A stretch of 64,000 nucleotides of DNA, taken from the NCBI GenBank assembly GCA_050084515.1, contig CM114271.1, positions 20,150,001 through 20,214,000 on the forward strand, given 5' to 3'. How positions within the stretch are numbered: position 1 is the first letter of the stretch; every line of letters begins with the position of its first letter. The position numbers and the translations under genes were made by a program. Of the stretch, positions 1 to 11,169 are shown one piece after another. This stretch comes from Blasia pusilla (Eukaryota). The notes beneath the pieces are model-generated. The model ran no database searches. It was not told where the DNA came from and saw only the letters and a list, made by a program, of their open reading frames with translations.

Positions 1-1250
1 ATGGCTAAGCTTGGGTCAACAGTACCATCCACATTTGGAAGATGACATGGCGCACAATTACGCACATGGTCCTTCCAAACAACTCCATCACGACCCTCCA
101 ACATGAGAACTCCAGAAGCTAACACCTCGCGCACTCGTAAAATAGTGCGGCCTGCCGTCACATCCAACGTTATCGGTGCAATCTGCTGCAAATAGAGATA
201 GTCCCCCACATGGAACCTACAAATCGATGGTCGATAACCTCCACCCCGAATGGTTGCATACCGCAACGTATCCCTGTGTTGAGCAATGGCAAGATTCTCA
301 AAGGTGTTGGCATAACTCTCCGAAAAGAGCTCGCTCACGAGAACACACTCTCATCCACATCTTTGGGTCATCAAGGTTCACCACCTCACTAGACTCCCAA
401 CAAATTGCTGCTGGCAAGTGTGGATCTTGGCCGTATAACAGAAAATAAGGTGAGAAGGAAGCTAAGGATGCTTGGCGACTGAACCTATACCCCATGGCTA
501 ACCATGGCAACCGAATATCCGGTCTCCAAGATGCCCTTCAGAGGCCATACTTGCGCAATGCCCTCTTCACCGTCTCGAACCACACGCTCAGCCAAACCAT
601 CCGCCCTGGATGATCTCGAGACGTGGTCCGATGATCAATCAACGCCTTGTCACACAAGACCTGAAACTCACCTTGAAACTCAGACTGGTCGGTCAAGACT
701 TGGTGGTGCACCAAAATGACTAAGCACTCTATCAAGAAACGATACGCCGTTCCTCACTTGCCTTGTCGTAATGCCACCAACTCAATCCACTTGGAGAAGT
801 GCTCCACCATCACCAACACATATCGATGATGTCATCATACCAACGGTAACGGTCCCGCAAAGTCCACACTCCAATGGTAACCCAACCCCATAATAGGCAA
901 GGGGTGTAACTGTGGTGTAGGGGCATTGAATGATGCCCTCACCCGGTCACAAACCATACAACATGACACCAATCGCTGCGACCGAGTATGCATGCCACGC
1001 CACCAATCTTGACCAAGGAGTAATCTATACGACGCTTTACCCCAAAATGTCCCAACTCCTCATGGGCATGTCGCACAATGCGCTCTCTCTGAGCCAAATA
1101 CGGCACTACTCGTACTCTACCATCCTCCCACACATGGAGAATATGTGTTCCCTCCAATCGATACCTCTTAGCACGTTGAAGAACACGGTCTCGCTCCTTG
1201 GCACTCACTATGCCTGGCACCCTACTGGTCCGTAGGAACTCCAACACCAA
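1..1250 (-). pseudogene. Integrase of G1 (zinc-binding domain, DDE core, start of a C-terminal extension), frameshifted
   Basis: HEELGHFG, WSVDFAGP near 850-875, EHFSKW, LTDQSEFQGEF, HRTTSRDHP, FSPYFLLYG. The reading frame is still open at the edge: WKDHVRNCAPCHLPNVDGTVDPSLA. Confidence 0.9.
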
Positions 1251-1370
1251 CGCATCATCATGAATATCACGCTGATCCGTACCACCATCTCCAACCTTAG
1301 GATCTCAAGGTGGCCATCTACCCTCGACTAGAGTAAGATATCATGTGGTCCTCCATACTAGAGTCCACCC

Positions 1371-1870
1371 CTAACCAACATAAAAGGCGGATGCATGCCA
1401 ACCTGGCACCATCTCCTCATCAACCTCGCCATGCCATCTAGCCCCAGTTGTATCCTCTTGGCTAGTACATGGGTTCCTACTCAACCCATCAGCATCAAGG
1501 TTGGCAACTCCAGGTCTATGTACCACCTGGAAGTCATACTCCTGTAAGATAAGAGCCCACCGTGCAAGCTTCCCTGTAAGCTTGTCAGACTCCATCAACC
1601 ACTTGAGCGGCTGGTGATTAGTAACAAGGGTGCCAAACAAGTAACACCTAAAGTGTGCCACAGCCCACACTACTGCCAAGCACTCTCCCTCATATGAACT
1701 ATAGCGCGACTCCGCCGCATTATTCGAACGACTTGCATAGGCCACCACAAACTCCATGTGCTCATCATCATGTTGTGTCAACACCGCTCCAAGTCCCAAC
1801 CTACTCCAATCAGTGTGTAACTTATTGGAGTAGGTTGGGACCCTCTGATAGGTCTCCTCAAGATAGGCGC
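1371..1870 (-). pseudogene. RNase H of G1
   Basis: LHTDWS (about 1805-1822), GLGAVLTQ, VAYASRS, YSSYEGECLAVVWAV, TNHQPL, KLARWAL, ADGLSR. Confidence 0.93.
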
Positions 1871-1927
1871 CGCCACCAACTGGGCCTTAAGCTCCACAAA
1901 AGCTCTCTCCTGATCATCTCCCCAGTG

Positions 1928-2935
1928 CTACTCTTGATCTGATTTCAGAAATTGGTTCAAAGGCTTTGCCATAGCACTAAATCCCTTCACATACCTCCGA
2001 TAGTAGTTCGCCAATCCCATGAATGCTCGAACTCTACTCACATCTATCGGACGCGGAATAAGTGCAATAGCCTCCACCTTTGCTTGTTGAACTCCCAAAC
2101 CACCTGGATAGATCACATGACCCAAGTACTCAACATCTTCATGGAAGAACTTACACTTTCCTGGATGCAAACGTAGACCATGAGCTTTCAACCGCTCAAA
2201 CATCATCTGCAAATGTATCTGATGCTCCTCCACCGTGGTACTGAACACCAAGATATCATCAATGTAACACCGAACAAAATCCAACCCTGCTAGGATCCTG
2301 TCCATCACTCTCTGAAACTCGGCAAGTGCATTCTTCAGCCCAAAGGGTAAGAATTTCCACTGGTACAAACAATCCTTGCCATGAGTGTTGACACCCCAAA
2401 ATGTTGTCTTGGCCTTGTCACTCTCCCGAATTGGCAATTGATGGTATCCTGCCCGAAGATCCAAAGTACTGAAAATTTTTGCCTGTTCCACCACATCAAA
2501 GATCTCTCGGTGTAGGCATGGCATACCTATCGGCCTTGGTTTGCCGATTGATAGGACAAGAATCTCCACACATCCGCCTATCCGTAGTTGCCATGCATAT
2601 CCTTTTTAGAGCATGATAGTGGCCGATGCATACTCTCCATGCGACAACTCCACTAATCCAGCCTCCAAAAGGTCCAACGTCCTACTCTGAATCAGGTCCC
2701 TCTCCATATCACTATATCGGTAGGGACGACAGAAGATTGGCGTATCACTGGCCAAATCAATCCGTATACCGGGTCCAACCAGAGAACCCAACTCCTTCAT
2801 GCTAAAGGCAAAACAACTCCTATAAGCACGTAGGAATTGTGTCAAGTGTCGTTTCTCACCTCCCGTAAGCTTGGGCCCAAGTAATGGCTCCCAAGTCTCC
2901 TCCACTGGCACACTAGAGGGAGAGGACAATGCCAT
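1928..2935 (-). pseudogene. Reverse transcriptase of G1
   Basis: PIFCRPYRYS, FSTLDLRAGYHQL, LPFGLKNA, YIDDILVFS, KCKF...YLGH, VRAFMGLANYYRRYVKGFS. Confidence 0.95.
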
Positions 2936-3207
2936 TGGCTGCTACGGAACCCCCTCATAAGATGGTACATCCTTAGCTACACCATCATCTGAGCAAATAA
3001 CTCCTCCACCAGCATGAGCAACCAACTCCACATGCCCACCATTACATCCCATTTGCTCCAAGGATGCAAAATACTACTCTCCTCGCCCCAAGCCGATGCC
3101 TCTACCGTCCCGGTAGCCATCGAGCTCATTACAAGGGGTGGAAGATCCATGACATAGTCCAAGTCGATCGCTCGGCCATACCAAGACTCAAAATCCAAGT
3201 CAAAAAT

Positions 3208-4140
3208 TCAGGTCCATGGCTGACCCAACACATGACGTCGTGAAGCCTCGAAATGGAAGCAAACTGTCACACAAAGAGCAAATCCCATCGCACGCTCTCT
3301 CTCATCAGCGTTAGGCTCCACCAACTCTCGCACATGAGAATCCCATACAAGCCCGGGACCACCTTCCCTGTATGCATGTGACGAGGGAAAACTCACAAAT
3401 GTGGGTAGTGCCATCCTAGGCTGGCCCACACGGTTCACCACTGCCATGGGTGACTGATCAATAACCCTCACCACCTGAGAAAGTCGCCCAGTATCCAAGA
3501 TACTATCCATTGTAAGGCAAGGATCCTACTGCACTGCATCATATGCTTGACATAGAACCTCCCTAGGCAACAAGTTTGTCCACCACAAGTGTGGACAATG
3601 TGCACGCGAGCCAACTTGCGCTGCATCCAACAACACCGCTGGTCCAATCCAAGACCGCACCTCATGAACACTCGCCATCATCCGGGTCCGAGTGTCACCC
3701 AACAATGGAACATTCTCCAAAATGTAAGCTAGAGCACGTTCTTGATGAACTTGAAGATGTCGTAACACCCGTAACATCTCCCAAAACAATCGAGACCTAG
3801 GCTCGTGTAATCCCTCACCACGACCAACACGTGTATGACCCTGACATGGCCATCCAACAATCACCAAATCCACAAGACCAACCCTCTCAAGGTCCTGCGC
3901 CCCCAACAATGCAATGTGTGACGGCAAAGCACGCTGGTACCCACAAATAGCTGATGGCGGCAACAAATCAGGATATCTCCGCATCAACTGACCAATATGT
4001 CGGGATGAGACTCTTTGGGCCATCTCATCTCGCTCCACATACACGTATCTCCGCATAGGAATACCGACGCAACATCATCTCATCTGACCAAACCAAAGTG
4101 CTAATCCCACCAAAGAGATCTAACACACAAATGCCCTTCG
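3208..4140 (-). pseudogene. C5 DNA-cytosine methyltransferase domain (DNMT3-like) within the G1 pol region, frameshifted
   Basis: Motif I GICVLDLFGGIST (4098-4136), II RRYVYVERD, IV DLVIVGWPCQG with the catalytic PC, RLFWEMLRVL, VI YILENV, VIII-like AHCPHLWWTN, IX EPNADERERAMGF, X-like RRHVLGQ. All are in canonical order. Confidence 0.92.
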
Positions 4141-4559
4141 GCGGATCGCCATACAATGGGTGTAGTATCCAAAGGGGATAACCAATGGACCAGAAGTAGG
4201 AGTCCGCCGTGGGGCCTCCTCTTCCTCGTGAGGTATATGACCTCACACCAAGCCTCTCACACCAAGCCTCTCCCGCCGTAGTGCACCGCCCGAACTCCAA
4301 AGTGAAACATCCAACGATGAGGATGCCCTTTGTTGCAAAAAATAGGGACCTCCTCTACCTCCTCATGCACAAGAGAATCCATAGCGAAGCATTACCCTCC
4401 AAAAGTCTCTTGGCCAAGTGACTACTCCACTAAAACCACCCACGGATGCTAACACTTTTGGGGAAGACCCTCCTGGTCGAGCCCCATAAATAAATCTCAC
4501 AGAACTTGGCTCATACGTCCATCCCGGACTGCCAACCAGGTCTATAAGACGCTGTCTCA

Positions 4560-5211
4560 CCCGATAATCCATCTGAAAACCCATCGGGTACACATCGCTC
4601 CTCCAACTAGTACATCATACAACTCGGGTGATGTGACTACCGTGAGATACTCCCAACCGGAGCTATCATCGCATGATCTGGTGTCAATCATGCAGAAAAC
4701 TTCTCCGTGTCATGAATTGAGACCTATCATTGGCTCCTCCAGGTGATGTTTGAATCTGGAAAGGGCAAGGCTCAAGCTCTGACCTCCGAATACCCAAACC
4801 AATACATGCCGCCTTTCCCAACATCAAAGGTTGGGCACCAGAGTCTAACAAGACTCTATTTGGTCTATACACATGTCCTGTAGGACTCACCAATCGGAAT
4901 ATCCCACTCCGATTGTCCAACATACATACACCAGGTGTAAGCCTCTCACGATCAATGGCTGGACGGGCTGGTAATCCATCGATCTTCGCCGCTGCTGCTT
5001 GCCAAGTAGCACTGGTACTCAATGCTACACCTAACATAGAGGGTCGCTCCACCGCAACACCCTCATCCACCTCAGCACGTGTAGCAATAACACCCCCACG
5101 TTCACACAACGTGGCTGCTAGCTGAAATACAGGAGCTAAGTCAACTCCTAAAGCCATCAGCTCCGTGGCCAAAAATAATGGGGATCCCAACACTAAAGTT
5201 GCCATCCGCAC
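4560..5211 (-). pseudogene. Retropepsin aspartic protease of G1
   Basis: VLLDSGAQPLMLG active site in ORF 4684..5211, and a YDVLVGG-type C-terminal motif near 4600-4620. It is in the same frame as the last gag ORF, separated by one TGA that reads TGG in G2. Confidence 0.85.
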
Positions 5212-5283
5212 ATCGCTCTCGATGATCTTTGATCTGTGTCTACTACACGCCGATGTAGATGCCTCATCCCCCCACTGTCGGTC

Positions 5284-7035
5284 TCAATAGGTCGCGTGAG
5301 GAACCATAGATGGAGTCCTAAGCACCTCAGACAACAAGAATGATTGGGGAAGCCTAGCTTGCCTCCCAGCCTCACCCCTCTGTGGGTCCAACTCCACAGT
5401 AGCACCAAGTGGCTCTAACGCTCGAGTGGCTCCTCTCGTAACTGCAGCCGATGCCTCAACCTGTGCTGCACTTGCCATATAAGAGAGATCATCCCCTCCA
5501 TAAGAGATGGAAGCCCCTGGTCCTGAACGTGATCTATGCTGGATACCAGCCCTAGTAGCCAACTTCTGATCCAACTGCTTAATCTTGGCACCCATAGTTG
5601 ACTCTGTCGTACTGGTAGGGGTAGCCACCGTAGGCTCTCCAACCACTGGTCCACCTCTACCACCCCTACCACCTCTACCACCTCGGCCTCTCGGAGCTAC
5701 TCCACCACGGCCGCGGCCTGATCTCAACTTTGGATGAAGATCAAAGCAACGCTCTCGAGGATGACATGGTCTCCCACAATGATCACACTAAGTTGGGGCC
5801 GACTGAGGCCCATCCTCCAAAGTCAGTCTCCCATCCTCTTGGGGACAAAACTTCTTAACATGATCACCTCCACATGTCCAACATGACGGTCCTTGCTGCG
5901 GGGCAAAAAATGAAGGCAATGGTCTCTGCGCAAGTGTCCCTCTAGGACCTGACTGAGGTCGTGTGTACCCCCCATGACTCCCACTACTACTACCACCACC
6001 ACCACTACTACGAGACTGTGAGGTGGGCTCCTGAACATGAGAAGTAGTTGTTGTATCCCTACTGAATGCGGATGTCACCACTCTCTCCTTCACCATGTTA
6101 AGCTCAATCTTCTCAGATAGAGCAAACACATGGGTCAATGTGGGTAAATCATCACTCATAAGAGTAGCATCACGTACCCTGCGGCGCAACTCTTTGTCCA
6201 AGATCCCATACCAAAACTGGACTGCCTGAGCCTCAGTCACACCTTGGATAACTGAAATCAAGCGTCGCATACGAGTGTATACCTCACGAAGACTCTCACC
6301 AGTCTTTCGCTCAAATTCTTGAAGACTCCTCAACTTCTCTGTCTTCACTCCCTGATAGTTCTTCTTCAACCTCTTGAAGAACTCTGCAGCTGGGCTAAAC
6401 GATGGTGGGGCACTAGTACCTCCACTAGTACCCCCACTGGTACCTCCATGGGTACCTCCACTGGTACCCCCACTCCGGCTTGTACTCGTACCACTCAACG
6501 TTGGGCTGGCTAGCATAGTAGGAGCACCTACCAATACCACCATGGGTGATAGACACATAGCCTGGAGACCAATATTGTCTCCACGCCTCAATCTCAGCAA
6601 CATGGTCCTTCCTAAACTCATGGTAATCATCCATGGGTGGTCCCTCCAAGTGCTGAAACAACCCCTTCCAAGCCAAGAAGGGTGTAAACAACGTGGCGTT
6701 CCGCAACATTTTCATATCACACCACGTATCAAACTCCTGCATGAAGTCCTCCAACTCAATGGTGCCCACTGCACCCGAGTATCCTCATGGGCCCTTCATG
6801 GCCCCATATATCCCGTCCATGTCCCAAATCAATGGAGCTGCAACACTCAATAACAACGTAGAAGACTCGGTGTTTGGAACACCCTCGTCCTCCTCTTTAT
6901 CAACCGTCGGAAGTGGAAAAGGTAGCCGATACCTAAATCCACTCCATGTGAAACCACCACTGTCCGCACCACAGTCCCCAACCAGACCAGCCGACATCTC
7001 TGTGATGACCAACGCCGGTGCCGCACCACCACCAA
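5284..7035 (-). pseudogene. gag: gag region of G1 (capsid-like domain, two zinc knuckles, RGG-rich tract), frameshifted
   Basis: ORFs 6425..6769 and 5788..6630 (EFFKRLKKNYQG...GESLREVYTRMRRL) and knuckle CWTCGGDHVKKFC. A second knuckle CDHCGRPCHPRERC is at about 5745-5790. RGRGGRGGRGG is in ORF 5284..5727. Confidence 0.88.
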
Positions 7036-8599
7036 ATTATCACCACTAAGTAACCAAGTGACGTCGATGTCGCTATACTATTCTAGCTCTACTAGCTATG
7101 AGTGTAGGCAACCTAACCTGTAATCACCACAAGAAGCCTCCCACGGTCTACTTGTCATCACTCCAGCCTCACTACCGGTAGCACCCATGAATAACACTAC
7201 TCTGGAAATCAGCATCAACCCTAACAATGGGCGCGCAAGCAAGAAGCAACGATGGAGGGGATCCAAACACAGGAAGTCCAACGACAACCCTCCAATCGCA
7301 AATGGAAATCAAGGGAACACAATCCACCAAACGTGGCGCCCCCTGAATCCACAAAACCCACCACACAATTCTAACGCAATAGCTACTCCGCCGCGGGTCG
7401 ATGACGTGCTAGTGAAACTCGCAGCACCTGAAAATATCACTTGCATGGAGAGGCTACACCGTACTATGCGCTAGAGGTCCATCAACCAAAAACCTGAGAT
7501 GCATAAAACGCCTAACACCTCTCCGAACAACACCAAATGAGCTACACCAGTATGTACACCGGCATAGTTAAGAACTCAGCAGTTAAGCGTCTTCCAGGCA
7601 GAATAGCCCAAAGATGGGTGACCAGTTATGCAACACTCAAATCACAAATCCTGCAAAAATTTCTTGACACCCAAGCAAGCAAGCTTGCTTGCTTGCTCCT
7701 TGCTCCTTACTACGCCTCTCACGCCCACTCGCCCGAGTTGCCTCGAAGCATCAAAATGCCAAGACATGCCCCTATCGCCCCCTTCGCCATGCTTTGCTAT
7801 GGAGCGAGGCCCAACCAGGGCGCCCCCAATGGGATAGGCGTCTCCAACAATGAACCAGTCACCAACCAACCAGCCCCTCCGATCCGCTGTCCACCATAGC
7901 CAGACCTTGAGCTAGTCCGCAAAATTTTGATAAGAAATTTCTTCACAAATCCTTGACCAAAATTGAATCTATTTCAACCAAAATTCAATTGACCACCATA
8001 GCTATCTCTCCACAAAACTCAGCTACAACCGAGCTTTGTACTTTGAGCTAAAAATCAGACAAACTTGCTGTCCATACACCTCCAAAATCGCAAATCCGAC
8101 AGCGCTTCCGCCCAGTTTCATGCACGCAAAAATCCGTAACGCTCCACACACTCAAGCAGATAGCTTCACATGAGATCAAAATACAAGTAGCAATAGGAAC
8201 CTCTCACCCGATCTGGATGAACTTCAACAGAGCTTCCGCACTCCACGCTCTCCACATCAGAAAACCGTCGAACACGAACCAGAATCTTCAATCCTTTATA
8301 ACTTCCAACTCCTCTAAAGCACATTGGAAAGCTCTCAGCAACGCGCTTCTTTCCCAACCAACCATGCACCAGATTCACACCTCCAACATAGGCCACAAGC
8401 CATGAACATCCACGGACGAGTACACAATCAACCCTAACCAGATCCTAATGATCCACAATCGAAGCTACCATCGATCTACTCTAGTTCTTTGAGTGAAATC
8501 CGTGAAAGACCTTCTGTTATAAAACACGTATAGAATCACATACAATCGAGCCAAACCCACTCCATGATGGGAGAATCTAGGTCGAAGCTTGCGGGAAAC

Positions 8600-8861
8600 A
8601 CCATAGCCAAGAGCTCTACTCACTACCAAGGCTAACTCCCAACGCAACAGGCTCAACTCAAAGAACTAACTGTTCTTTGAGTGCACTCCACCTTATATCC
8701 TCCAACCTAAGAGCGGGCCCTACTGGAAAAGTCACCCTCAACTGAGTAACCCCCAACCCTATGTATGAAATCGCATCTCTACCTAGACACTGCGGCCCTA
8801 CCTAAGGTATGGCCTCTACTAGCACACTATACTCTACGACATAATCCGTATGGTCATGACA
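8600..8861 (-). repeat. Start of the 5' LTR of G1 (inner boundary not determined)
   Basis: Minus strand begins TGTCATGACC at 8861. Short blocks (CTAGTAGAG; CTCAGT..GAGG.TGAC; AGTAGG..CC) are shared with the LTR start at 14861. No PBS was identified. Confidence 0.65.
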
Positions 8862-9285
8862 AGACCTTTGCATGCCCAATCGTATCAAAGATCTCCTCAG
8901 GGGTGGGCAAGGCATACCTATCGGCCTTTGTCTTCTGATTAATAGGTCGGTAATCTCCACACATTCGCTTATTCGTCCAGTTGCCATGCACATTCTTCTT
9001 GGCGGGCATGACAGTGGCAGATGCATACTCTCCATGCGACATCTCCACTAGTCTTGCTCCTACTCTGAATCAGAACCCTCTCCATGTCACTTTACCTGTA
9101 GGGTCGTTGGAAGATCGGCGTGTCACTCAACAACTCAATGCAGATCCTTGTACCCTTGAGTGTACCCAAATCATGCATACTAAATGCAAAATAGCTCCTA
9201 TAACTCATAAGGAACTAGTGTTTCCGACGCTGCTCTCCTCCTGTCAACTTAGGGCCCATATCTGGCTCCCAAGTCTCCATCGTGA
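8862..9285 (-). pseudogene. RT N-terminal fragment of G2
   Basis: ETWEPDMGPKLTGGE, PIFQRPYR, SHGEYASATVMPAKK, RMCGDYRPIN, DRYALPTPEEIFDTIGHAKV, then truncated. Confidence 0.9.
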
Positions 9286-9402
9286 CTACGATAGGACTCT
9301 CCGACGCGGATGTCGGTGGTTGCTATGGTGCAACCCCATCTCGGACAATAGAACTCCCATCTCCACGTGCAGTACTCGGAACCACGCTCATTGTTGTGGC
9401 TA

Positions 9403-9890
9403 TCATCTCAATGAGCGCACCTGATGTACACTCGTCATCACGCGAGACCTCGAATTGCCCAAAATTGGCACATTCTCCAAAATGTATGTTGGAGAATGAG
9501 ACTGATGCTCTGGTAAATGTTGCAAGATCCGCATCATCTCCCAAAACAACATGGACCAAGTGTCAGCTAACCCGCTACCTCGTCCAACACTCGATTGGCC
9601 CTGACACAGCCAACCAGCAATGACCAAGTCTATGGTCCCTACCCGCTCCAAGTCCTGCGCACCCAACAATGAAATGTCCCTCGGTAGGGAACTCTAGTAA
9701 CCCTGAATGGTGGACGCAGAAAACAAGTCGGGAAAACGGAGGCGTAACAGTGCCACATGGTGAAGTGAAGCGCACCTTGCAACATCATCAATCTCCACAT
9801 ACAAGTACTACTGCACGTGCACTCCAACGTGCAAAACAAAAGCTAACCCAGTGATGGTCCCTCCAAAGAGATCCAACACTCGAATACCCT
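9403..9890 (-). pseudogene. C5 DNA methyltransferase domain of G2, C-terminal half deleted
   Basis: Motif I GIRVLDLFGGTITGLA (9841-9888), DLERVGTIDLVIAGWLCQG (PC changed to LC), MLFWEMMRIL and YILENVP. Motifs VIII-X are absent because the sequence jumps to the pre-RT spacer near 9400. Confidence 0.88.
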
Positions 9891-10339
9891 TATCTGGGAT
9901 GCACCACACAATCGGGGTGGTGTCCAAAGGGGTCATAGCTGCACTCCTGCCTATCTAGGGTTCCTCTGACCCGTCACACTCTAGTGCAAATGTCTTGCTC
10001 CACGCGGTCTGCACATGCTCAGTGGCTAAGCGTCGAAGCTCCTCAGTGGAGCCCCAAAGCGGCACCTCTCCTCCACGAACTGATGTGGCTATCATGACAC
10101 TCCTCTCCATAGAAATTTCAAGAACGGGAGTATCCTCTGCATGGACATGTCCCTCAATCAAATCTCTAGGCCAAGTGATGGCACTACTAAATGTTGCTAA
10201 GGTCGCCATCTCTCTTGGCCGTTGCTCAATCACTACACATGTGAATCAAACGGGTAATGAGCTAAGGCGTCCATCACTTGACTGCTATCCTCGTCTGTAG
10301 GATGATGACTCCTCCCAGTAATCCAGAGAAAAACCCATC

Positions 10340-11070
10340 GGGTATAACACTGCTCCACCAACCAAAATGTCGTAGGACTCTGCATCAGTCACTATCGCCT
10401 TGGCTCACACCACGGAATCATCTGTAGGATGTCCCGGAAAAATCCTCACCATGACCTCATGTCGGATGATATACTGTGTGGTACTCACTCCACCCAAGGA
10501 TGTCTATATCCGGAATGGATAACACTCCATATCGGCTCTCGTCAAGCCCAATCCTCTGAATGACGCTTTCCCCAACATCAGGGGTTGCGCTCCAGAATCC
10601 AACAAGACACATTGTGGACTAAAAGCTCTACCTCTGGGACTCACCAATTGGAAGACCTCTCCTCGGTTATCCAGCACCACAACACCAGGAGAAGCCATGG
10701 CACACTCTATCCCGGGTCTAGCGGGCATCTTCACCATCCTAGCAGCCGCAGCCTGCCATGAATCTGACGTGGACGGCCCAACCATCCGCTCCAAGGGCAG
10801 GTCCATCACCTCCTCTCCAATCACCTCTAAACGTGATGCAGGAACTCCAACTCCGCGCTCACATAGTGAAGCGGCCAGCCAAAAAGCCTCGGCGGGCGTA
10901 CCTCCCAACGTCATAACATCGGAAGTAGAAAATAAAGGAGTGCGGTACACAACGGTGGCCGCTTCCAACAGCGTGCTCCACACATGCCCCTCTTGAGCAT
11001 CAACAATAGGAGTCTTCACACTTGCTTCTCCCATCGCCCTCTCGTGCCTGCACACCAACAACATCACCAA
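10340..11070 (-). pseudogene. Aspartic protease of G2
   Basis: VLLDSGAQPLMLGKA in ORF 10504..11070 and SYDILVGGAVLYPMGF near 10330-10380. Confidence 0.85.
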
Positions 11071-11169
11071 GTCTCCAAGAACTTTGATGAGGACCCATCA
11101 ATGGGGTCCTCATCGCTTTGGACAACGTGACAGACTGAGGAAGCTAGTCTATTTTCTGGCTTCCCCTCA

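Larger units (their letters stand above)
1..8861 (-). mobile_element. Ty3/Gypsy LTR retrotransposon carrying a DNA cytosine methyltransferase (element G1). Order gag-PR-DNMT-RT-RH-IN; the 3' end runs off the left edge.
   Basis: Minus-strand motifs occur in Gypsy order: gag with two zinc knuckles, LLDSGA protease, MTase motifs, YIDD RT, RNase H, integrase. An LTR-like start TGTCA lies at 8861, exactly where the RT of element G2 is interrupted. Confidence 0.93.

Noticed and set aside
3208-4140. The methyltransferase as bacterial contamination or part of a restriction-modification system
   Set aside because: It is embedded collinearly in a eukaryotic Gypsy pol in two separate elements, with no restriction enzyme or operon context.
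5284-5286. Programmed readthrough stop between gag and pol in G1
   Set aside because: The sister element has TGG at this codon, so a point mutation is the simpler explanation.
6410-6480. 12-bp tandem repeat (GTACCTCCACTG-like) in G1
   Set aside because: It encodes an in-frame GGTS linker in gag. There are no unique spacers, so it is not CRISPR-like.
7530-7560. Minus-strand TGGTGTAGCTCATTTGG as a PBS or tRNA fragment
   Set aside because: No cloverleaf and no match I can verify to a tRNA 3' end. The LTR inner boundary is unknown, so no PBS is called.
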